Origin: Phycisphaerae bacterium
GTDB lineage: Bacteria > Planctomycetota > Phycisphaerae > UBA1845 > Fen-1342
Assembly (NCBI GenBank): GCA_963675745.2
Contig: CAXXWX010000015.1
Coordinates: forward strand, 32,001 to 96,000
DNA: 64,000 nt
Reading direction: 5' to 3'
The position numbers were made by a program, and so were the translations under genes. Below are positions 56,998 to 64,000 of the stretch, in pieces. Under the pieces are notes generated by a model. It worked only from the letters and a program-made list of their open reading frames with translations, did no database searches and was not told where the DNA came from. The number at the start of each line of letters is the position of its first letter. Within the stretch, counting starts at the first letter, position 1.

Positions 56998-57450
56998 TCA
57001 ACCGAGCGCCCGCCCCGCATCGAAGTCGAATCCATGCCGCTCCAGAAACAGGCGATACTCCTCATCGAACCCACGGGCGCGGTGATGCTCGCGTTGGTTC
57101 TTGATGTACGCCATTGTGTCATCCAGTTGCGACACACCAACCGTGAAGGCCGCATAACCCTCCTGCCAGGCAAACGCCCCCATCGTCGGAAACGTGTCGT
57201 GCAGCCATTTCGACGAGCCGGCCTTGATGAGCTGAACGGCTTTGGCAACTGGCATCGTAGCGGGCAGCAGAAGAAGCACGTGTGCGTGATCGGCGATTCC
57301 GCCGGCGATGAGCAGCGTGAATTGGTTGGTGCGCGCCACGCCGCCGAGATAGGCCCACAGCCGTGGCTGGATGTCGTCGGGGATCAGCGCCCGGCGTCCC
57401 TTGGTGCTGAATACGCAGTGGAAGAGGCATTTCGTGAATGAGTGAGCCAT
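56998..57450 (-). CDS. tnpA: IS200/IS605-family Y1 transposase TnpA (no TnpB)
   Basis: HCVFSTKGR, GGIADHAHVL (HUH), KAGSSKW, WQEGY, YIKNQREHH. Confidence 0.9.
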   Translation of the reverse strand: MAHSFTKCLFHCVFSTKGRRALIPDDIQPRLWAYLGGVARTNQFTLLIAGGIADHAHVLLLLPATMPVAKAVQLIKAGSSKWLHDTFPTMGAFAWQEGYAAFTVGVSQLDDTMAYIKNQREHHRARGFDEEYRLFLERHGFDFDAGRALG

Positions 57451-57583
57451 CGGGGCGTTCTCGCGATCGGGTGATTCGGCCATCCCTAATATCGGCTGTG
57501 GCGCGCCTGCGCTGTTCCCTGCGACTCGTGATGGACCATGTTCAATTCAACCCCCACTGGACGCCGCCGGCGCGCCGGCTATG

Positions 57584-58432
57584 TCATGAGCCGCCCAAGG
57601 CCTCCATGGGAAACTCGACCTTTACATAGTTGCGGGCCTTGGCGTCCGCGATAACGGCCTCGCGCAGGCGGGGTGGGGCCTGGTCGTGTGGCAGGATCAT
57701 GGCGTAGGTGTTTGGCGTGCCATGCGCGGTGGCCATGCTCGCCAGTCCGGTGATCTGTCCGGCCCGCGTCGCCGCCAGCAGATGACACTTACCCTGCTCC
57801 TGCTGGCTGAGCAATTCGAGCCCGGTGAGCTCGGCGGTTACGGCCGACTCGGCCAGCGGTACGCGCGGGTCGGCGCCCGGCCGATCTTGCAGCAACGCGA
57901 CGATCAGCGGCCAGTCCGCGCGGGTCACATCGCGAATCTCGACGTCGCCGTTGCCGTCCGGCAGCGGCGTGTCGCCGGCGACACCGGCGGCCTTGCGCAT
58001 CATCATCACGTCGTCGATCGGCTCGCGCGTTACGCGGTGGGCAACCTTAAAGCCGCACTTCGCGTACAGCTCGACGAGCTCGGCATGGCAGCCCAGGTAG
58101 AGCCATTTTCCGCCGGTCATGTCGAACCACTCGAGCGCGGTCCGCAACAACTTGGTGGCCAGGCCGCGCCGGCGATGGTCGCGGCGCGTGAAAGTGTGGC
58201 CGAGCACGCCGATACCGCCTTGGCGATTGATGCAGACGTTGGCGAGCACCTCGCCGCCGTTGACGAATATGGCCAGCGCATCCTGCCCGCCGACCACCCC
58301 CTCGCACAGACGTTTCTCGATGTCTTCGAGCCACAGCGGGCCTTTGTGCCCGAGAAGTTCGCGCAGCGCGGGCCAGCGGGTCGGCGCCGGCGGAATGATC
58401 AAGAGCGGCTTCATGGGGTCGCCTGAGGCCAT
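57584..58432 (-). CDS. GNAT-family N-acetyltransferase
   Basis: HTFTRRDHRRRGLATKLL, LYAKCGF. Confidence 0.85.
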   Translation of the reverse strand: MASGDPMKPLLIIPPAPTRWPALRELLGHKGPLWLEDIEKRLCEGVVGGQDALAIFVNGGEVLANVCINRQGGIGVLGHTFTRRDHRRRGLATKLLRTALEWFDMTGGKWLYLGCHAELVELYAKCGFKVAHRVTREPIDDVMMMRKAAGVAGDTPLPDGNGDVEIRDVTRADWPLIVALLQDRPGADPRVPLAESAVTAELTGLELLSQQEQGKCHLLAATRAGQITGLASMATAHGTPNTYAMILPHDQAPPRLREAVIADAKARNYVKVEFPMEALGGS

Positions 58433-58640
58433 GGTAGACGGGTATTACCGCCCGCATGCTAACAACGTCGGCGCCGGTGTCTACCAGCCGGGCCGGTCGC
58501 GCGTTACAGTTCCCCGCGCCCGCCGGTATGGCACCGGCATGACCTGTGGACCATTCCGCCGCCGGCGGGCTGTTTCGCAGGCCGTCAAACCATGCCAGAC
58601 GTAGTGGAGCCAGCATACGCCACCCCCGCGAGGAGACACC

Positions 58641-60638
58641 ATGGCCAAGAAGCGATCGATCCAACTTGATGACCTGTTCAAACTCCAAGTGGTGGGCGGC
58701 GTCGCCATCTCGCCTGACGGATCCCAGGTCGTGTTCGAGTTGAAGCGCGCCGACCCGGAAGACAACAAGAACTACGTCAATCTCATGCTCGTCGACGTTG
58801 CCACCGGGGCGCAGCGCAAGCTCACCGACGGCAAGCACTGCGACACATTGCCGGCCTGGGCGCCGGACGGTAAGAAGCTGGCCTTCATCTCAAATCGCGA
58901 GAAGGCCGGCGCGATTTACGTGCTGCCGATGGAAGGCGGCGAGCCGCAGCGCATCACCGACCGCGAAGGAAACGTGGGCGAGTTCCGCTGGTCTCCCAAC
59001 GGACGAAAACTCGCGTTTACATACACGCCCATGACCGAGCGCGAGAAGCTCGAACGCGACGGCAAGGGTGAGGAGGCCGCCAAGCTACCCCAGTTCAAGC
59101 ACATCACACGCCTGCACCACAAGCTCGACGGCGTCGGCTGGTGGAACGGCAACTACGCCCACATTCACGTCATCAGTGCCGCCGGCGGCAAGCCGACGCA
59201 GCTCACACATGGCAAGTTCGATGACTCGGAGCCGCGTTTCAGCCCGGACGGCAAGCAGGTCAGCTTTGTTTCCAACCGCCTTGACGATCCGGACATGCAC
59301 TCCTGGAACAGCGATGTCCATGTCGTCAAGGCGACCGGCGGCCCGGCCAAGAGGCTCACGCAGATGCCCGGATTCTGCTTCGGGCACTCCTGGTCGCCCG
59401 ATGGCCGCCAGATTGCGTACGTCGGCGATCCCGCCAAGTCACACCGGGACCATCGACACAACGCGCGCATCTGGCTGGTTTCCAGCAAAGGCGGCCATCC
59501 GCGTGAGCTCACGCGCGACATCGATGCCAATTGCTACAACGCCGTCATCGGCGATGTGACCGGCGTCTCCTTCGGCGCGGCGCCGCCGATCTGGTCGGCG
59601 GACAGCCAGCGCGTGTATTTCCTGGTGACCACGCGCGGCTGTTGTCATCTGTATTCCAAATCGCTGGCGCGCGGCAAGTCGCGCTGCGTCGTGGGTGGTG
59701 ATATAAACCTGATGGCGTTTCAGCGCACCGCCAAGGACGGCCCCATCGCCGTCACCATCGGCGCGTTCGACAATCCCGGGGATGTCTTTGTGCTCGACCC
59801 GGACGCCGATGAGCCGCGCCGCCTGACGCATCTGAACGAAACGGTTCTGAAACGCATCCAACTCGCCCAGCGCGAGGCGTTTTACGTCAAATCCGGGAAG
59901 GTCGAGGTGCCTGCCTGGGTGCTCAAACCCCCCGGCTTCAATCCGCGGAAGAAATACCCGGCGATTCTCGAAGTTCACGGCGGACCGCAGGCCGCCTACG
60001 GCGAGTCGTTCTTCCATGAGATGCAACTGCTCGCCGCCAAGGGCTACGTCGTGGTCTATTCCAACCCGCGCGGCAGCGACTCGTACGGGCTCGACTACCG
60101 CGCGTGCATCCACGGTGACTGGGGTAACCGCGACTGGCAGGACGTCACCAAGGTCACCGATTGGATGGCGCGTCAGCGCTACATCGACAAGACGCGCATC
60201 GGCATCACCGGCGGCTCGTACGGCGGCTACATGACCAATTGGGCGGTGACGCACACCAACCGTTACCGCGCCGCCGTCACGCAGCGCAGCGTGGTCAGCT
60301 TTGAGACCATGTTTGGCAGCAGCGACTTTGGCTATGAGCTCGGACAGATCTTCGGCGGCACGCCCTGGCGGCAGCTCAAGAGATATCGCCAGCAATCGCC
60401 ATTGACATTGGTCGAGAAGATCAAGACGCCGCTATTGATCATCCACTCCGAGCAGGATCTGCGCTGCCCGATAGCCGAAGCCGAACAGCTCTTCACGTCG
60501 CTCAAGGTGCTGGGGCGCGAAACGGAACTGGTGCGATTCGAAGGCGAGTCGCACGGCCTCTCGCGCGGTGGCCGGCCGCAGAATCGAGCGGAACGCCTGC
60601 GACGAATATTGGCGTGGTTTGACGCGAGAATGAAGTAG
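58641..60638 (+). CDS. S9-family dipeptidyl/acylaminoacyl peptidase
   Basis: PD40 repeats; VHGGP, NPRGS, GGSYGG, HSEQDLRCP, ESHG. Confidence 0.95.
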   Translation: MAKKRSIQLDDLFKLQVVGGVAISPDGSQVVFELKRADPEDNKNYVNLMLVDVATGAQRKLTDGKHCDTLPAWAPDGKKLAFISNREKAGAIYVLPMEGGEPQRITDREGNVGEFRWSPNGRKLAFTYTPMTEREKLERDGKGEEAAKLPQFKHITRLHHKLDGVGWWNGNYAHIHVISAAGGKPTQLTHGKFDDSEPRFSPDGKQVSFVSNRLDDPDMHSWNSDVHVVKATGGPAKRLTQMPGFCFGHSWSPDGRQIAYVGDPAKSHRDHRHNARIWLVSSKGGHPRELTRDIDANCYNAVIGDVTGVSFGAAPPIWSADSQRVYFLVTTRGCCHLYSKSLARGKSRCVVGGDINLMAFQRTAKDGPIAVTIGAFDNPGDVFVLDPDADEPRRLTHLNETVLKRIQLAQREAFYVKSGKVEVPAWVLKPPGFNPRKKYPAILEVHGGPQAAYGESFFHEMQLLAAKGYVVVYSNPRGSDSYGLDYRACIHGDWGNRDWQDVTKVTDWMARQRYIDKTRIGITGGSYGGYMTNWAVTHTNRYRAAVTQRSVVSFETMFGSSDFGYELGQIFGGTPWRQLKRYRQQSPLTLVEKIKTPLLIIHSEQDLRCPIAEAEQLFTSLKVLGRETELVRFEGESHGLSRGGRPQNRAERLRRILAWFDARMK

Positions 60639-60713
60639 CCGGCGGCATCGTTACGTGTGCGGGCAGGCACATCTGGTCGCAGCGCCAGCCGCCGCGCGAT
60701 TGGCAACTGAGGT

Positions 60714-62279
60714 CTACTCGAAGAGGTCCAACTGCCGCGGGTCATCGGCCGTTGCGCGGAACTCGCCGTCGTGCAGCTCCGTGATGACGCGCATCTTGTC
60801 GCGTATCTCCTCGATCGAGCGCAGGACCTTGCGTGTTCTGGCTTCGCGCGTGATCGAATAGCCGCGCTTCAGCACGCTCTTCGGATCGCAGGCCCGGACG
60901 GCTTCGAGGCGGGCGGCGAGCAATCGCCGGCCATAGTGGATCAAGCGCGTTGCGGCACTGTCGAGTCGGTGTCGCGCCACACGCACGTGGTCGTCCAGCC
61001 GAGGAAGATCGCGCTGTGGGCCAACCGCGTGTAGACGCCGTTCGCGTTGCTCCAGGCGGCGCTCGGCGAGGCGCATGGCCGCAACCAGACCAGCCTGGAG
61101 AGCATGTTCGCGCTGCTGGAGTCGTTGCCCCAGTCGCGCGAACTGCGCTCCCGAGCCAAAACGCAGAATCGCCAGATCCGCCTTGTTTACGTGTTTCCGC
61201 GCGGCCTGTAGCTGGTCATCCGCCGCGCGTGCGGCGCGCTGGGCCATCTCGTCGATGAGTTGCGCAAGATCACGGGAACGGCGCAGCGGCTTGTCAATCG
61301 GTTCACGGGCAAGCAGCCGGTATAACTCCGCCCGCGACAGCTCGAGCCGATGCTGAATCGCACGGGCCGCCCGCATGGCCCGCGTATCCACCCACTCGAG
61401 TAATTCAACGCGGTTAGGGGCGACAATTTCGGCCGCGGCGGTCGGCGTGGCGGCCCGCATGTCCGCCACCAGGTCACTGATGCTCACGTCGACTTCGTGC
61501 CCGACAGCGCTGATGATGGGGATGCGGCTGGCGGCGATGGCCCGGGCGACGATCTCCTCGTTGAAGGCCCACAAGTCTTCCAACGAGCCGCCCCCGCGAC
61601 CCACTATCGCCGCGTCGATTCCGCCGAGCGTGGTGGCGTGACGGTTGACCAGGCGGATCGCATCCGCAATCTCGGCCGCCGCCCCTTCGCCCTGCACGCG
61701 CACCGGCAGCACCAGAATCTCCAGCGCCGGGAACCGCCGTGCCAGCGTTTGGAGAATGTCACGAATGGCCGCGCCACTGGGGCTGGTGACGACCGCTATG
61801 CGCTCGGGGATACGCGGCAGCGGTTTCTTGCGGGCCGGATCAAACAGCCCCTCTTTTTCAAGTCGCTCCTTGAGTTGGCGAAACGCGACCTCCAGCGCGC
61901 CTACGCCGCGCGGTTCGAGCTTTCGCACCATGAGCTGATACGAACCGCGCGGGATGTAGACCTCCAGCCCGCCGATGGCGATCACTTCCATGCCGGCTTC
62001 GGGCTCGAATTTCAGGCGGGCGGCGGCGCTGCGCCACATGACGCAGCGCAGCTCGGCGGTCAGGTCTTTGAGCGTGAAATACACATGGCCGCTGGCCGGT
62101 CGCGACAGGTTGCCGACCTCACCCAGCACGTGCAGCGTCGAGGGCACCTGCCGGTCGATCGCGCGACGAACCAGCTCGTTGACCTCGCGCACCGTAACCG
62201 TACCGTCGGGCGACGGAGACAGCCGCTCGGCGGCGGGCACGCGAATCCGTGACGGATCAAAAGGCTTGCGCTCGGCCAT
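60714..62279 (-). CDS. xseA: Exodeoxyribonuclease VII large subunit
   Basis: SGHVYFTLKD, VTSPSGAAIRD, GRGGGSLEDLWAFN, SAVGHEVD, TPTAAAE, LKRGYS. Confidence 0.97.
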   Translation of the reverse strand: MAERKPFDPSRIRVPAAERLSPSPDGTVTVREVNELVRRAIDRQVPSTLHVLGEVGNLSRPASGHVYFTLKDLTAELRCVMWRSAAARLKFEPEAGMEVIAIGGLEVYIPRGSYQLMVRKLEPRGVGALEVAFRQLKERLEKEGLFDPARKKPLPRIPERIAVVTSPSGAAIRDILQTLARRFPALEILVLPVRVQGEGAAAEIADAIRLVNRHATTLGGIDAAIVGRGGGSLEDLWAFNEEIVARAIAASRIPIISAVGHEVDVSISDLVADMRAATPTAAAEIVAPNRVELLEWVDTRAMRAARAIQHRLELSRAELYRLLAREPIDKPLRRSRDLAQLIDEMAQRAARAADDQLQAARKHVNKADLAILRFGSGAQFARLGQRLQQREHALQAGLVAAMRLAERRLEQRERRLHAVGPQRDLPRLDDHVRVARHRLDSAATRLIHYGRRLLAARLEAVRACDPKSVLKRGYSITREARTRKVLRSIEEIRDKMRVITELHDGEFRATADDPRQLDLFE

Positions 62280-62304
62280 GCGTCAGGGCACCTTCCGCGT
62301 TTGT

Positions 62305-62332
62305 GTAGCGGCCAACCCCCGAGTCGGCCGTT
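62305..62332 (+). repeat. GTAG-family REP-like palindrome
   Basis: GTAG-CGGCCAAC-CCCCGA-GTCGGCCG-TT. Confidence 0.7.
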
Positions 62333-62524
62333 GCCGCTCTAAACCATATCACGACACGAAACGCCAGTCATCTCTCATCAGGCGGTGCTCTTGAGCCCGT
62401 GTTTCCCAGGAGATGTATGCAGTGAGGTATACTGGACATGGATTTCGACCCATGAAGCATGCGATGCGCCGCACTGCCGTTCGAACGCACTGGAGGATTC
62501 GACCTGCGAGACTGCGGGATTGAC

Positions 62525-63832
62525 ATGCCGGAGTCGACGTATGCGCCAGCGGGTTTTTGTCCGGCTTGCGGCTATCGCATTGACCCGGGCCGTTGCCCGG
62601 AGTGCGGGCGGCATGTCACGCGCCCCTGGCGTATCGAGCCGCGAGTCTACCGCTGGCGACGCCGGCTGGTGGTTCTGGCGGTTCTCGCCGGCGCCATCAC
62701 AGCGGCCTGGTGGTACGGCCCGGGATTGGCGGTTCGTCATACGCCGTCTCGGGTTCTTGTCTGGGTTTGGGAGTTGGATTGGATTGGTGCGGATTGGGCG
62801 GAGGGTGTGCTCCAAGGACGATTGTCCGCGGCTTATGCCGCGGTCGGCGCCGCAGGGAAACCGATCCGCGAGGAGTTCTCCGCCAAGGTTGGGGAGTTGC
62901 GCGATCACGATTGGGCCGGTACGTACGCGCAGGTGATGATCTGGACGTTGGGTGTTCGCTGCTTGTCGTTGACCGAGGCGGACGCCTTGTGGTTCGAAAC
63001 GGGCAAACTGCGGCCCGGCCCAGTCATGCGCGGCTGCGTGGTCGGGTTCGATGGCGTGACGCTACGTCTTGCTCTCCCGACCGATCGCCATGTGCTTCGA
63101 TGGGGAGACCTCGATTCAGAGTTGGTGCTGGTCCGCTGGGGCGATCGGCGTTATCTGGTGGCATCCGAGGAACTGATTGACTTCTGCAACGACATCAACG
63201 GGGGCGAGCCGCTCCACGAACTGCACTTGGTTCGGGGCCTCGGCGACAGGGCCACGCCGGTCGAATGGTGCCGACGCCCCCCCGCCGACCAGCAGCCCGT
63301 CTTGCCAACACCGTTTCAGCGTTTCATTCTTCGCGATCCCATTCATGCCAGGATAACGGACTGCGGCGTTGGCGACTTGCCAGCGCGCCGATCGGTCGTG
63401 CACCTAGAGCAGACTGCACAATCGCTCGGACTGAACGTGCATGCGTATAAAGTTCAGCTAGAGGTAGAGCACAGCGCTGAGTCGTTCGTGGGAATGCGTT
63501 TATATGCCCCGGACAGGTACGGCTTGGCTCAGGTGAAGTCCGTACGCGGGAAGACTCTCAAAGCGACCTATCTCGGGCTCTCGCCGGCCGGAGCTCAAAA
63601 GCCGTTGCAGCCCGGCCTCGTCCTATCGACGCTCGCGCCGCCTCCGGTTCCTTTGGCCTCGGAACTCGACAAAGAGCGTGCCACGATGCGTTATTGGTTT
63701 TACGGGTACTCGGAGCTGGCGACCGACAACGACCCCGCAAGCCCGGCGCACATCGCGGAGCTTCGAATCGGTATGGCCCGGCAGGACTGGCTGCTACTCG
63801 AACTGTCTCGCGAACTCCGGCGACTAGACTGA
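62525..63832 (+). CDS. Hypothetical membrane protein with N-terminal zinc ribbon
   Basis: FCPACGY..RCPECG, TM segment, VRWGDRRYLV..DFCN. Confidence 0.7.
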   Translation: MPESTYAPAGFCPACGYRIDPGRCPECGRHVTRPWRIEPRVYRWRRRLVVLAVLAGAITAAWWYGPGLAVRHTPSRVLVWVWELDWIGADWAEGVLQGRLSAAYAAVGAAGKPIREEFSAKVGELRDHDWAGTYAQVMIWTLGVRCLSLTEADALWFETGKLRPGPVMRGCVVGFDGVTLRLALPTDRHVLRWGDLDSELVLVRWGDRRYLVASEELIDFCNDINGGEPLHELHLVRGLGDRATPVEWCRRPPADQQPVLPTPFQRFILRDPIHARITDCGVGDLPARRSVVHLEQTAQSLGLNVHAYKVQLEVEHSAESFVGMRLYAPDRYGLAQVKSVRGKTLKATYLGLSPAGAQKPLQPGLVLSTLAPPPVPLASELDKERATMRYWFYGYSELATDNDPASPAHIAELRIGMARQDWLLLELSRELRRLD

Positions 63833-63963
63833 CGTCATCCCCGGAGCTGACAATACGTCGCAGCACGTACCGACCGCGCGTTTCTGACTTCTTACTTCTG
63901 GCTTCCAACTTCTCCGCCCCGGCAGCGTACTGGCACAGGGTTACCGAAGCCCCCTGAGAGCGC

Positions 63964-63998
63964 AAAAAAAGAGCCCTGCCGCGCGGGCAACAGGGCTC
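63964..63998 (-). terminator. Rho-independent terminator for a minus-strand gene beyond the window
   Basis: A7 followed by GAGCCCTG...CAGGGCTC stem. Confidence 0.7.
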
Positions 63999-64000
63999 GA

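Overview
GC-rich bacterial DNA, most likely a Planctomycetota (Phycisphaerae-like) genome. This assignment is inferred from prepilin/H-X9-DG (DUF1559-type) proteins, a PEP-CTERM protein, many dockerin-like Ca-binding repeats and an ECF sigma + Ser/Thr kinase pair. Layout: (1) 1-4.5 kb, a minus-strand array of truncated RHS toxin/immunity cassettes; (2) 4.7-18.9 kb, secreted/surface proteins (NlpC/P60 multidomain, PEP-CTERM, DUF1559-type, large dockerin-like protein), a fused MFS/spermidine synthase and a dockerin protein; (3) 19-21.7 kb, an MFS gene, truncated WYL-regulator and DnaQ-like genes, and an att-like tmRNA/tRNA-Ala 3' fragment; (4) 22-32.8 kb, exported proteins downstream of an ECF sigma/kinase pair; (5) 33-37 kb, a second RHS cassette with a RAYT-like Y1 transposase and a barstar-like gene; (6) 37-64 kb, mostly housekeeping genes (DinG-like helicase, RRM protein, rsmJ, radical SAM, MFS, GH63-like hydrolase, sigma54 activator, ECF/anti-sigma, GNAT, S9 peptidase, xseA) with a stand-alone IS200-type TnpA beside a REP cluster and a 4x134-bp array. 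Most unusual observations: a 32-nt hairpin element inserted at the same codon position in both halves of an RHS-embedded dockerin; a shared 30-residue 'GACP...RSCR' C-terminal tail that looks like a sorting signal; one domain displayed on both a PEP-CTERM and a dockerin-like anchor; strong D-P-N tripeptide enrichment in exported proteins; and an anti-sigma factor fused to a DUF1559-like body. All calls are by-eye motif recognition; no database searches were run.
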